Shown in pieces: positions 38,075-48,222 of a stretch of 64,000 nucleotides of DNA (positions within the stretch are counted from its first letter, which is position 1; each line of letters opens with the position of its first letter). This stretch comes from Candidatus Spongiisociaceae bacterium (GTDB lineage: Bacteria > Actinomycetota > Acidimicrobiia > Spongiisociales > Spongiisociaceae). Position numbers and translations under genes: made by a program. A model generated the notes under the pieces. It saw nothing but the letters and a program-made list of their open reading frames with translations. It did no database searches and was not told the DNA's origin. The DNA is taken from assembly GCA_965262915.1 (NCBI GenBank), contig OZ253564.1, positions 3,488,001-3,552,000 on the forward strand, in the 5' to 3' direction.

Positions 38075-39217
38075 TCAGCCCACCCAGGCAGCCAACCCTT
38101 CGAGCAGCCGGTCGATGTCAGACGGAGTATTCCACATATGAGCGGAGACCCGCACCGAATTGCCCCGCACCGAGACATGGACCGAACGCGACGCCAGTTC
38201 AGACGCCAGTGACCGCGGATCGGCGCCTTCCGGCAAACGCAGGCCCATCAGGTGGGCACTCCGGAATTCCGGCCTGGGAGTCCTGAACCCCAGAAGAGCA
38301 GCTTCCTCAGCCAGTCGGTCGGTGAGTGACCGGCTGTGGGCCGACAGGCGGTGGCTTCCCACCCCGGTAACTATCTCAAGGGCCCGGCACGAGGCTTCGG
38401 TCAGCCACAGGTTCCAGGTCTCGCCGGCGTCATAGCGGCGGGCTCCTGCGGCCAACTCCCACCGGTACTCGTTCACGCGGGAGAAGTCTTCGCTGCCCGC
38501 ACGGGCCATCCAATTGGCGTCGATCGGTCTTCCTTGCCGATTCTCCGGCGAGGCCCACATATAGGAGATCCCTGGAGGACCGAGGAGCCATTTGTATCCG
38601 ACCGACACCACGAAATCAGGACGAATCACCCTGACGTCGAAGGGCACCATCCCCAAGCTCTGGGAGATGTCCACCACCAACCGGGCTCCTACCGAACGGG
38701 CCGCTTCGCCCACCGTCTCCAGATCCAGTCGGGTCCCGTCCGTCCAGTGGCATGCCGGCGCCGACACCACCGAGATCGTCTCATCGAGGCGGTCGACCAG
38801 GGCTCTGGTCCAATCGTCGTCGGTAGGTCGCTTCAGAAAGACCGGCTGGGCACCCTGCTCCGTCCAGGGATAGACCATGGCCGGAAACTGCTCCGCCAAC
38901 ATCAACACCCGGTCACCTTCACCAACGTCAAGGGCCGCGGCCGCAGTTGCCACGCCGTAGCTGGCGGAGGGAACCAGCGCCACTCCTTCGGCATCTCCCC
39001 CCACCAATGAGGACACCTGTTTCCTGATCCGATCCCCGGGAGCGAAGAAGTCGGAGACTCTCACCTCCGACAGTGGCCGGTTCACGGACGCCGCCACCGC
39101 CTCGGCCACCGGCTTGGCCCGGGCACCCAGATAGGCACTGTTCAGCCAGGCGACATCACCGGGGAGATCGAACAACTCCGGAGCCGGTAAACGCAAATCA
39201 GAAAAGGACGTGATCAT
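38075..39217 (-). CDS. Class V PLP-dependent enzyme
   Basis: WLNSAY, VDISQS, GYKWLLGP and VRVSAH motifs. Confidence 0.88.
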   Translation of the reverse strand: MITSFSDLRLPAPELFDLPGDVAWLNSAYLGARAKPVAEAVAASVNRPLSEVRVSDFFAPGDRIRKQVSSLVGGDAEGVALVPSASYGVATAAAALDVGEGDRVLMLAEQFPAMVYPWTEQGAQPVFLKRPTDDDWTRALVDRLDETISVVSAPACHWTDGTRLDLETVGEAARSVGARLVVDISQSLGMVPFDVRVIRPDFVVSVGYKWLLGPPGISYMWASPENRQGRPIDANWMARAGSEDFSRVNEYRWELAAGARRYDAGETWNLWLTEASCRALEIVTGVGSHRLSAHSRSLTDRLAEEAALLGFRTPRPEFRSAHLMGLRLPEGADPRSLASELASRSVHVSVRGNSVRVSAHMWNTPSDIDRLLEGLAAWVG

Positions 39218-39227
39218 CGATCCGGTA

Positions 39228-39506
39228 TCAGTCCGTGGGTTAGACCAGCGTGACTCCTCAAGAGGCCACCCCCGGCGAACTCATCCGGGAGGAAACCATC
39301 CCGCTGAACATCTCCGTGGGAATCGAGCACTCCTCGCAGGCATCGGTTCCCGCCACGATGTCCACCCGCAGGCCTTCCCCGTCCAGCAAGCTCACCTCCA
39401 ATATGTACCCATCGGCGGCCAACCCGGATGAGACCGGGCTCAGCGCGAAGAGGGCCGACTCGACGTCGGGCTGTCACGTTCCACTCGTATCCCGAAGGTC
39501 AGCCAT
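39228..39506 (-). pseudogene. Small NifU-C-like CxxC protein interrupted by in-frame stops
   Basis: GGAGG RBS then MADLRDTSGT*QPDVESALFALSPVSSGLAADGYILEV..VDIVAGTDACEECSIP..VAS*GVTLV*PTD*. Confidence 0.6.
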
Positions 39507-39532
39507 CGGGCGGTTCCTCCAATCCCGAACCC

Positions 39533-40297
39533 CTACCGCATGTAGCTGGCGCCGTTTATGTCGATCGTTGCGCCCGAAAGGTGGCGGCAGTCTCCTCTGG
39601 AAAGGAAGACGACCAGCCTGGCTATCTCCACCGGGGGAATCCACTCACCCATCGTCAACTGAGCGGCCGTAGCCTCCTCGCCCCCCATTGACTTCGCCGC
39701 GTCTATCGCCATGTCGGTACGAACCATGCCGGGCGCGATGTTGAAGGCGAGCACCCCTTGACGGGCATAGTCGCTCGCAACCGCCTTGGTGAGCGCTGTC
39801 ACCGCCCCTTTGGATGCGCTGTAGGCGGCCGTCTGGGCTTTTCCGGCCCGGTAGGCAAGCCAGCTGGAGAGGGTTATCAGGGTCCCCCCACCGTTCGCTA
39901 CGAAGTGGTGTACAGCTTCTCGGGTTATCCGGGCCGGCTCGTATAGGTTCACCTGCATCGTCAGACGCCATATTCGGTCCCACTCGTCGTCGGAGCCGTC
40001 CCAGTCGAGCGAGGTGAGGATGGCGGCGTTGTTGACGAGCACGTCTATCCGTCCGAATCGATCTAACGCCTGGTCCCAGACCAGCCTGCCGGCGCCGGGC
40101 TCGGAGAAATCTGCCTGGACGAGCAGCTTCCGGTCGGGCGGCAATTCCTCCGTGGCAGACTCGGCCCCCGACAGCATGCGGGAATAATGAGCTACCACCG
40201 TCGCGCCGGCCCGGCCCACCTCGCGGGCGATCTCAAATCCGATGCCGCGGGAGGCCCCGGTGACCAGAACGACCTTGCCTTTGAGGGCTTCTCCCAT
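39533..40297 (-). CDS. Short-chain dehydrogenase/reductase
   Basis: TGASRGIG, NNA and YSASK motifs. Confidence 0.93.
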   Translation of the reverse strand: MGEALKGKVVLVTGASRGIGFEIAREVGRAGATVVAHYSRMLSGAESATEELPPDRKLLVQADFSEPGAGRLVWDQALDRFGRIDVLVNNAAILTSLDWDGSDDEWDRIWRLTMQVNLYEPARITREAVHHFVANGGGTLITLSSWLAYRAGKAQTAAYSASKGAVTALTKAVASDYARQGVLAFNIAPGMVRTDMAIDAAKSMGGEEATAAQLTMGEWIPPVEIARLVVFLSRGDCRHLSGATIDINGASYMR

Positions 40298-40439
40298 ATT
40301 TCCCTCCCGTAGGGCTGCCTAGCGCTGCCACGCCTGCGCTTCGTACAAATCCGGCCAACAAGACGGAACGGCCGGGGCCGCGACGATACACTCGGTCCCA
40401 GTGCATGGCATATCGGTGGAAACCCACCCGACGGTCGTG

Positions 40440-40596
40440 GTCTGTCTGTAAAACGGCGGCGTGATATGCGTCGGCAGCGGCGTTTCTCGCAAGGCCCGCC
40501 GACGAAGGCATACCCACAGCGGTACGTCGAGGAGGCGGAACGCAGCGAGGGGCGCCGATGGCAAGCAGAGCACGGCAAGTTGTTTTGCAGACAGAC
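40440..40596. promoter_or_regulatory. Divergent promoter region with two inverted copies of the candidate operator
   Basis: GTCTGTCTGTAAAA (40440-40453) and TTTTGCAGACAGAC (40583-40596). Confidence 0.5.
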
Positions 40597-40610
40597 GACA
40601 AGGAGGACGC

Positions 40611-41333
40611 ATGAGAATCCGGTACATCGAACCGATAGGGATCGACATCCACGTCCCGCGCGCCGTCTCGGTGCTCGAGAAGCACGCGTCGAGCGGGGTT
40701 TTCGTCGAGGTAGTTCATCTGGACCTGCCTCCGGAGCTGGCCGGTCCGATGCTGCCCCCGGTTCCGCTCTACATGAACGAGTTGATCGCCACGGTCCTCC
40801 AAGCGGAGGAGGACGGCGCCGACGCAGCCATCATCGGATGCTGCTCCGACCCTGCCCTGATGGAGGCACAGCGGTCGGCGAAGATCCCGGTGATAGGTCC
40901 TCTGCAGGCCGCCGCCGCACTCGCAGCAGGACGGGGCCTCAACATCGGGATCCTCTTCCCCGACGAGCACGACTGGCAGATCACCGCCAACTGGGTGCGA
41001 CGCAACCTCCGGGCCTACGGACTGTCGGATGTGGTGAGCGACATCGCGTTCGTGCCGATGCATGTCGAGGGCGAGGACAGCCTGATCGGCAACATGGAGG
41101 TGACTGCGGAGATCGTCGAGGAACGGTTCCGCCGCCAACTTCACGAACTCGGAGTGCCGGCTGCCCGGGCGATGCTGGAGCGGGGCCCCGTGGAAGCCAT
41201 CCTCTTCGGCTGCACCATATGGGGTGGCATGATCCGGGAGGTGGCCCACCTGATAGACGCGCTGTGCATCGACCCGATGGTCGCGTCACTGCACCTCGCC
41301 GAGGCCCAAGTCCGAGCATCCCAGTTGTCGTAG
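40611..41333 (+). CDS. Asp/Glu/hydantoin racemase family protein
   Basis: IIGCCSDP and ILFGCT catalytic-Cys motifs; AAGGAGG RBS. Confidence 0.88.
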   Translation: MRIRYIEPIGIDIHVPRAVSVLEKHASSGVFVEVVHLDLPPELAGPMLPPVPLYMNELIATVLQAEEDGADAAIIGCCSDPALMEAQRSAKIPVIGPLQAAAALAAGRGLNIGILFPDEHDWQITANWVRRNLRAYGLSDVVSDIAFVPMHVEGEDSLIGNMEVTAEIVEERFRRQLHELGVPAARAMLERGPVEAILFGCTIWGGMIREVAHLIDALCIDPMVASLHLAEAQVRASQLS

Positions 41334-41371
41334 TTGCCGGTGGCCGGTGGTTAGTGGGAAAGCGGCACCCC

Positions 41372-42360
41372 TCACCGATCTCCGTCCACTTCGGAGCGGG
41401 CATCGATATCCAGTTGTGCGGGGTCGACCCTGACGTGCACCACCGTCGGTCTGGTGGATTCGAGCGCTTCGTTGAGAACGCCACGGACGTCGCGATCCGC
41501 TGAAACGGTGAAGCCCTCCGCTCCCAGCGATCTGCCGTAGGCCGAGAAGTCGATCGAACCGAGCAGCGAGCCTGGAAAATGGCCCATCCGACGCCGCTCC
41601 TGGTGGAGGCGGATCGTTCCGTATTCCCCGTTGTCGACGACAACAACAACGACCGGGAGTCGCTCCCTCACCGCGGTCTCTATTTCGGCCCCGGTCATCA
41701 TGAAGCCGCCGTCGCCGGCGATCGCGATCGCCGGGACTGAGAGCCTCGCGAGCTTCGCGGCCAACGCCGCCGGGATGGCATACCCCATCGCACCTGACGT
41801 GGGAGCCAGGTACGTTCTCGGGTGGTCGCGTGTGAGATAGCGGCTGATCCATGCGGCGAAGCTGCCCGCATCATTGGTAACGACCGCATCAGCCGGGATG
41901 GTCGCCCTGAGATGATACGCCAGCACCTCTTGGTCGACATAGCCCGGGTGTGAGCCCGATGTTGTCGGCGTCGATTCGGCAAGCCACCGCTTGCGGGCTG
42001 TGTTGTTCTGATCAACCCTTGCCTTCACCAGATCCGGGTCGGGGTCTTCGCGGTGAGCCGCATCGAGCAACTGTGTCAGGAAGTGATGGGGATCCGACAG
42101 GATCGATTTGACGCCAGGGAAGGGCCCACCGAGTCCTTCCGCATGGCCCGACACATGGACGATGGCTGTGTGCTGCTGGAGGGTCTTGTAACGGAAGGTC
42201 GATAGCTGGCCAAGCTGGGTACCGATTGCCAGGATGAAGTCTGCGTGCTCCATCCGATCCCTAACCGAAGGAGCCGCCGCGAGCCCACTCTGTCCCAGGT
42301 AGAGCCGGTGGCTCCGAGGACGGCGCGTCCTCGGCTCGGACCGGTATCTCGCTGGGACCG
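41372..42360 (-). pseudogene. Thiamine-diphosphate enzyme (acetolactate synthase-like), central and C-terminal domains only
   Basis: ADFILAIG, NDAG, SGAMGY and GDGGFMM..NGEYG motifs; N-terminal pyrimidine-binding domain is absent. Confidence 0.75.
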
Positions 42361-42469
42361 GAGCCTGCCTCTCTCGCCAACGGTCCGCCGACCCGGCAAT
42401 CGACCACCCCGGCCGACATCGGATGATACCGACATCGGCCCCGTGAGATACGGTTGGAATACCGAGGAA

Positions 42470-43456
42470 GTCAGGAGGATACGACACGCGATGTATCCGA
42501 CTGGGATGCCCCATGCGCGACGAACTTCTGCAGAGATCGGATGACCCGCGGCGGGTCGGGTCCTCGTGCCGACCCCGCGCCTGGAACGACACCTCAGCAA
42601 CGTAGATCGCTCCCGTCGAGTCGACTGCAACGCCGTGCGGTGCCACGAACTCACCTGGACCCTCGCCGGCAAACCGGCCGCCGATGCGAGCTACGGAGTC
42701 GCCATCCAACGTGAGGATGCTCACGCAGGCGCCGATGTTCGGGACATCCTGATTGACCGGTATGCGGGAAGGGAGCTCTCCGACGAACAGCAGCGCCTCC
42801 TTCGGGTGGGCGTAGAGGGCACACGGGCGGTGGAGGTTGTTGATCTGATCCAGGTAGACACCGTCCTCGTCGAACACCTGGATACGGTGGTTCTCCCGAT
42901 CGGCGACGTATACCCGCCCGTCGGATCCGACGGCGATGTTGTGTGGGATGTTGAACTGGCCGGGTTGGGTTCCCGGCCGGCCCCAACTCAGGATGTGCCG
43001 ACCATCGGCCGAGAACCGATGAACCGCCGAGTTGCGATATCCGTCCGAGATGAAAAGGTCACCCGAAGCCGGAGACTCGGCGACATCGGTTGGCATATTG
43101 AATGGGCGTCCACTGTGGGCGGGCGAGGAGGCACCGGGCTGACCGATGGTTCGCACCAACCTCCCGTCTCGCATGAAGCATCCAACGGTCTGATCCGCGT
43201 AGTCCGTCAGCCACAGCTCTTGTCCTGCCGTCATGGTGATCGCGTGGGGAGTCGCGAAGACCCCTTCACCCCAGGAGGTGACAAATTCCCCTGTGTGGTC
43301 GAACACGATCACGGGGTGGTGACCACGGTTGAACACGTAGACCCGGTCGTTGTTGTCAACTGCCACCGAGGTCGCATCGATGAAGCTCCAACCGTCCGGA
43401 AGCCGACCCCACCCCTCGACCGGGTGGTAGGTTCGCGGCCAGGAGGATCGGCTCAT
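42470..43456 (-). CDS. NHL-repeat beta-propeller (peptidylamidoglycolate lyase-like), frameshifted near its C-terminus
   Basis: Repeats FNMPTDVA, FNIPHNIAV..YVADREN and FVAPHGVAVD; GGGTC duplication at 42553-42562. Confidence 0.82.
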
Positions 43457-44286
43457 CGGGAAGACGGGTTGTGGCCGGCGATCGATCCGAGCGCCGTTGA
43501 GATCTCGTTGGCTGCCTCAACGACCAGCTTCCCCATGCGTGCGATTTCGTCGTCGCCAGTCGGCATACGGTCGGTGGGACCGGCCACACCCACGGCGCCG
43601 ACCACCTCGCCCCGGTAGTCGAAGATCGGAGCAGCCAGGCCTGTCACCCCTTGCACGTACTCCTCGAGATCAACTGCGAATCCGCGTCGCCGGATCTCTG
43701 CGAGCCGTTCCGCCAGTGAGTCCGGCGAACTCCCATCGTTCCGGAAGGCTTGGGCGGCCCAACCCATCGCTGTCTCGTTGAGCGGCCACACCTCCCCTAT
43801 TCGAGTGAACACAGACACCGGATGTCGTGAGATCTCTCGGGCAACGGCTACCGGCTCACCCTCGGCCAGTACCGCCAGATTCACCGTTTCTCCGGTCAGG
43901 TCGCGCATGCGCCTCATCGTGGGGCGGCTCACTCGGAGCAGGTCCGTTTGGTCGAGAAGACGCGCCGCCAACCTCAATACCTTCGATGTGATGACGTAGC
44001 GACGGGGGGATGTCTCGGTGTGAGCGACGTAGTCAGCGGAGCGTAGCCCGTTCAGCAGGCGGTGCGCCTGAGCGGTATCCATACCGAGACTGCCCGCCAG
44101 ATCGGTTGTTCCGACGCCTTCCGGGTAGTCCACCAGCATCTCCAGCACGCGAAGAGCATTGACACCGGCCGGTTGTCTGCGCTGGGATTTCTTCCGATTG
44201 TTCGGGACGCCGCCGCCCGCCATCACGTCACCCCAGTCGTGTACAGCCTTCAGAACAACACCTGATTCACCAGATTCATAAGACAA
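43453..44286 (-). CDS. IclR-family transcriptional regulator
   Basis: N-terminal HTH, TGETVNLA, RGFAVD.EE and APIFD motifs; start may be 44223. Confidence 0.9.
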   Translation of the reverse strand: MSYESGESGVVLKAVHDWGDVMAGGGVPNNRKKSQRRQPAGVNALRVLEMLVDYPEGVGTTDLAGSLGMDTAQAHRLLNGLRSADYVAHTETSPRRYVITSKVLRLAARLLDQTDLLRVSRPTMRRMRDLTGETVNLAVLAEGEPVAVAREISRHPVSVFTRIGEVWPLNETAMGWAAQAFRNDGSSPDSLAERLAEIRRRGFAVDLEEYVQGVTGLAAPIFDYRGEVVGAVGVAGPTDRMPTGDDEIARMGKLVVEAANEISTALGSIAGHNPSSR

Positions 44287-44289
44287 AAT

Positions 44290-44305
44290 ATTTGACCTGT
44301 CAAAT
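44290..44305. promoter_or_regulatory. Palindromic operator between the IclR gene and the sugar ABC operon
   Basis: Perfect ATTTGAC-CT-GTCAAAT in an AT-rich divergent spacer. Confidence 0.6.
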
Positions 44306-44338
44306 CCGGATCAGTAATCTGGCTGGGTTGGCATCTCT

Positions 44339-45478
44339 TTGTCGGCGTATTTCACGCATCGAAGATGCAATGTGGTGAGGAGGAAGATTATGAGAACGAT
44401 CGGCTTGGTGCGAAGAACCGAGGTATGGAATGGCAGGAAGTCGCCGCGAGCCTTCGCCACACTCCTGCTGGCCCTCGGATTGTTGGTTGCCGCTTGCGCC
44501 GACGCATCCGAAGACACAACTACCACAGCCGCGGCAACAACCGCCGCCATGACCGAGACTACGGCCGATACCAGCGCCCAGGCAGATTCCCGTGACTTCG
44601 TGATGATCACCTTCTTCGCGAACTGCAGCTTCTGCCAAACGCTTGAGGCGGGCGCCATCTACGCGGGAGAACAACTCGGGGTCAACGTACAGATCGTGCA
44701 GCCGGGTGGCGTGGACGCCGAAACGTTGAACCCGGCTCTCCAGGCAGCCACTGCGGCCGAGCCCGACGCCATCGGCATCTCGTACTTCACAAAGGGCCAG
44801 GAGTCGGCCATTCTCGACACCATTGAGCAGGGTATTCCCGTAATACTGTTCAACAACAACCGATTTGAGGCAGTGGACGGCGACCCGGCGACAGCAACGA
44901 CGGATCCGCGGATCCTGACACTGGCGTACGTTGGACAAGATGAGACCAAGTCAGGAGAGGTCCTGATGACGCATCTGCTGCCCCAACTCGGCGAGGGAAA
45001 GGTGGTGATCTTCAACAACGCCCCGGGAGCAACCGTGTTGACCCTGCGCGCCGACGGAGTGAAGCGCGTCCTCGACGCCAACGGTATCCCCTACGAGGAC
45101 CTCGACGGCGAACTGGACGAAGTCGTCAACCAGCAGACGATTTCCGCCTATCTCGACGCCAACCCCGACACCGCCGCGATCATCGGTCTCGGCAACCCGG
45201 CCTCCAACCCGGCTGGTGTGATCGTTGGTGAGCTAGGACTCGACATCGTCATCGGCACCTTCGATGTCGACACAGCGGCAGTCGAGCACCTCAAGGCGGG
45301 CACGCTCACCGCGGCACTCAACCAGCAGCCATGGCTCCAGGGCTACATGACCGTGATGAACATGTATATTGAAACGGTCTTCGGCCTACAGCCGGTCAAC
45401 GTCGACACGGGTACGCAGATCGTCACGATGGACAACGTCGGCGAACTCGAGGCGGCGGTCGCGGCCGGGCGCAACTGA
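44339..45478 (+). CDS. Sugar ABC transporter substrate-binding lipoprotein
   Basis: Lipobox VAAC, T/A-rich linker, YVGQDE, GTFD and QQPWLQGY motifs; true start probably 44390 or later. Confidence 0.88.
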   Translation: MSAYFTHRRCNVVRRKIMRTIGLVRRTEVWNGRKSPRAFATLLLALGLLVAACADASEDTTTTAAATTAAMTETTADTSAQADSRDFVMITFFANCSFCQTLEAGAIYAGEQLGVNVQIVQPGGVDAETLNPALQAATAAEPDAIGISYFTKGQESAILDTIEQGIPVILFNNNRFEAVDGDPATATTDPRILTLAYVGQDETKSGEVLMTHLLPQLGEGKVVIFNNAPGATVLTLRADGVKRVLDANGIPYEDLDGELDEVVNQQTISAYLDANPDTAAIIGLGNPASNPAGVIVGELGLDIVIGTFDVDTAAVEHLKAGTLTAALNQQPWLQGYMTVMNMYIETVFGLQPVNVDTGTQIVTMDNVGELEAAVAAGRN

Positions 45479-45536
45479 TCCCCCGTTTGCCGGGCCCAGA
45501 TTCAATCTGGGCCCGGCAAACCGACCAAGGCGGACA

Positions 45537-46565
45537 ATGGTATCCAACACGCGGGCCGGCACACATCGACTGGCCACATTCGTCGGCAGGATGGCATCGA
45601 ATCGGCTGGCAGGACCGACCGTCGTACTCGTTGGGCTGTGCATCTTCTTCCAGCTCCGCTCCGGGAAGTTCTTCACGGCGACCCAAATCGAGGGAATGAC
45701 CTCGGTCGCAGCTTCGATCGCGATCATCAGTGCCGGAATCACGATGCTGATGTTCTCGGGCGAATTCGATCTGTCGGTAGCATCGGTCTACGCGTTCGGA
45801 CCGATCCTCTTCGCGCTGTTGATCACCAAGGCTGACATACCGGTCTTACCGGCGTTTCTGATAGCTTTGACGCTGTGCTCCGCCGTCGGTGCAATCAACG
45901 GGCTGATTACCACGCAGTTCGGGATTCCGTCCCTCATCACAACGCTTGGAACGTCCTTCGCCATCATCGGGACCGCCATCTTCATCAGCGAAGGCGACAA
46001 CCTCCTCTACTTCGATGAGAGCAGACTGTTCAGCATCCTCGGTGGCGAGGTCGGTAACGCTCCCGTGCCGGCGCAGTTCCTGTGGGCGTTGCTCATCGTT
46101 GGAGTCCTCTGGTACGTGACGGACCTGACGGAATACGGCAATTGGGCCCGTTCGGCCGGCGGCCGGCGGGGTGTGGCCCGAGAGATGGGCGTAGCGGTCA
46201 ACCGCGTGAAGACCACTAACTTCGTGGTGTCGTCGACGCTGGCCGGATTCGCCGGCATCGCCACCTTCACCTCCTTCCGCACTGTTTCCGCCGGCTACGG
46301 CTCGAACTTCGAACTGCTAGCCATCGTGGCCACCGTGGTCGGCGGAACATCGATTTTCGGGGTGACCGGATCGGTGCTCGGCGCCTTCATCGGGACGTTG
46401 ATCCTGGCGAGTCTACGGACCGGCCTCATCTTGGTAGGGGCTCCGGGAGCGTGGTACACCGCGATCATCGGGATCATTCTCATAGCGGCAGTGATCAGCA
46501 ACATTCGGATCGGGAGGGCAGGAGACCGCCTCCTCGAAGTGAGTCAGAGGTGGCGGCAATCATGA
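45537..46565 (+). CDS. Sugar ABC transporter permease
   Basis: GEFDLSV, IPSLITTLG and VVGGTSIFG motifs. Confidence 0.9.
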   Translation: MVSNTRAGTHRLATFVGRMASNRLAGPTVVLVGLCIFFQLRSGKFFTATQIEGMTSVAASIAIISAGITMLMFSGEFDLSVASVYAFGPILFALLITKADIPVLPAFLIALTLCSAVGAINGLITTQFGIPSLITTLGTSFAIIGTAIFISEGDNLLYFDESRLFSILGGEVGNAPVPAQFLWALLIVGVLWYVTDLTEYGNWARSAGGRRGVAREMGVAVNRVKTTNFVVSSTLAGFAGIATFTSFRTVSAGYGSNFELLAIVATVVGGTSIFGVTGSVLGAFIGTLILASLRTGLILVGAPGAWYTAIIGIILIAAVISNIRIGRAGDRLLEVSQRWRQS

Positions 46566-47371
46566 CGACCACGATTGCGACCGACGAGACCCGGTCAACG
46601 GCCGACGTGTTATTACAGCTCACGAACGTGAGCAAGAGCTTCGGATCCACCCGCGCCGTGCGGAATGTCTCCTTGACGATCAGGCGCGGCGAGGTCGTGG
46701 GCCTCATCGGCGACAACGGGGCCGGCAAGTCGACAATCGTGAAGATCGTCACCGGCTATTTCGCACCGACATCGGGCAGTGTGACGTTCGAAGGACGGGA
46801 CGCCCGACTATCTCCCGCCGCAGCGCGGAGTCTGGGGATCGAGGCGGTCTACCAGGATCTGGCCCTGATCGGAGGTTTGAGCCTGTGGCGCAACTTCTTC
46901 CTGGGTAAGGAACTCAAGATAGGCCCCGACTGGGTCCCGATGCGGCCGCTGGACAAGAGGCGGATGCGGAGTCTCACACTGCGGAAACTGGAAGACTTGG
47001 GCCTGACCCGCATACGCTCGACGAACGAACCGGCATCGCGTCTGTCCGGAGGTGAAAAGCAGTCGCTTGCGATCACGCGCACTGTCCACTTCGGGGCACA
47101 ACTGCTCCTCCTCGACGAACCGACAGCCGCCCTCTCGGTTCGGGAAACCCTGAACGTACTGGATACGATCCGCCAAGCTGCTGACCGAGATCTCGGTGTG
47201 CTCTACATCGACCACAACATGGCACACGTACAGCCGGTCGCGGACCGGATCGTGGTGCTGGAGCACGGGTCGGTCGTGTCGGAACACAAGGGAAGCGATG
47301 TAACCGTCGACGACCTCGCCGAGATGTTGAGTTCAAGACGGAGCGAGCGGCAAATCGAGGAGTCTCGGTGA
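46562..47371 (+). CDS. Sugar ABC transporter ATP-binding protein (single domain)
   Basis: GDNGAGKS, YQDLAL, LSGGE and LDEPTAAL motifs. Confidence 0.92.
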   Translation: MTTTIATDETRSTADVLLQLTNVSKSFGSTRAVRNVSLTIRRGEVVGLIGDNGAGKSTIVKIVTGYFAPTSGSVTFEGRDARLSPAAARSLGIEAVYQDLALIGGLSLWRNFFLGKELKIGPDWVPMRPLDKRRMRSLTLRKLEDLGLTRIRSTNEPASRLSGGEKQSLAITRTVHFGAQLLLLDEPTAALSVRETLNVLDTIRQAADRDLGVLYIDHNMAHVQPVADRIVVLEHGSVVSEHKGSDVTVDDLAEMLSSRRSERQIEESR

Positions 47372-48222
47372 AGATCTCATACAATCCCTATCAAATCAGG
47401 TCCACACCACTCGACCGACTCGGCGACGTGACCGCCGGCTTCGGCTATCGATACATGGACCTCTCACCACGGGAAGACTTTATCCCTCTCTACTCGCATC
47501 CTCGAGCCGGCCACCAGAAGATCGCTGAACTGAGGAGATCACTCGATGCGGCAGGCGTCGAGCTCACCGCTCTCTACGGCCTCTTCAAATGGTCGAGCGC
47601 AGACGAGGACGAACGAGCCGGTGGGTCACGGTATATGAGGCGTACCATCGAGATCTCCGCAGAACTCGGATGCCCGGTCGTGTGCACCGAGTTCGGAACG
47701 AGCAGGAATACACGATATGTAAGTGAGAATCAATTCTGGCGGTCCATGGATGAAACGCTGCCGATCCTGGAACGTAACGGAATCGAGTTGAGGATCGAGC
47801 CACATCCCGATGACTTCGTGGAGGACCACTACCACGGTGTCGACATGGTCCGCGGTATCGACTCCCCCTATGTGACCTATCTCTACTGCGTCCCCCACAC
47901 TCACTATCTCGGACGTGACGTAGCGGCAATGATCCGATACGCCGGGGACACCCTTACCCACGTCCACGCCGCGGACACCTTCCATCCCAGCCGCTACATC
48001 ACGAATCCATCCGATACCGATGTTCGCCTCCATCAACACCTGGACATCGGCCAGGGAGACATCGACTTCGCCGCTCTCTTCTCATCCTTGGCGGAGATCG
48101 GATTCGACGGGGTCACCTCCAGCTGCGTGACGGCTTGGACGGAGAGAGCCGAAGAGTCTGCTCGCTCCATGCTCCACGAGATCACCGGATACGCCACCAA
48201 GTACGGCATGGAGATCGAATGA
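47368..48222 (+). CDS. Sugar-phosphate isomerase/epimerase TIM barrel (IolH-like)
   Basis: LSPREDFIP, EPHPDDF, HVHAAD and HQHLDIGQG motifs. Confidence 0.85.
   Translation: MKISYNPYQIRSTPLDRLGDVTAGFGYRYMDLSPREDFIPLYSHPRAGHQKIAELRRSLDAAGVELTALYGLFKWSSADEDERAGGSRYMRRTIEISAELGCPVVCTEFGTSRNTRYVSENQFWRSMDETLPILERNGIELRIEPHPDDFVEDHYHGVDMVRGIDSPYVTYLYCVPHTHYLGRDVAAMIRYAGDTLTHVHAADTFHPSRYITNPSDTDVRLHQHLDIGQGDIDFAALFSSLAEIGFDGVTSSCVTAWTERAEESARSMLHEITGYATKYGMEIE

Noticed and set aside
39474-39476. Selenocysteine TGA in the small CxxC ORF
   Set aside because: The TGA is in the N-terminal tail rather than the redox motif, and further stops including TAA follow.
39214-39477. 87-aa ORF from the ORF track as the real gene
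   Set aside because: No recognisable features; another frame with an RBS and CxxC explains the region better.
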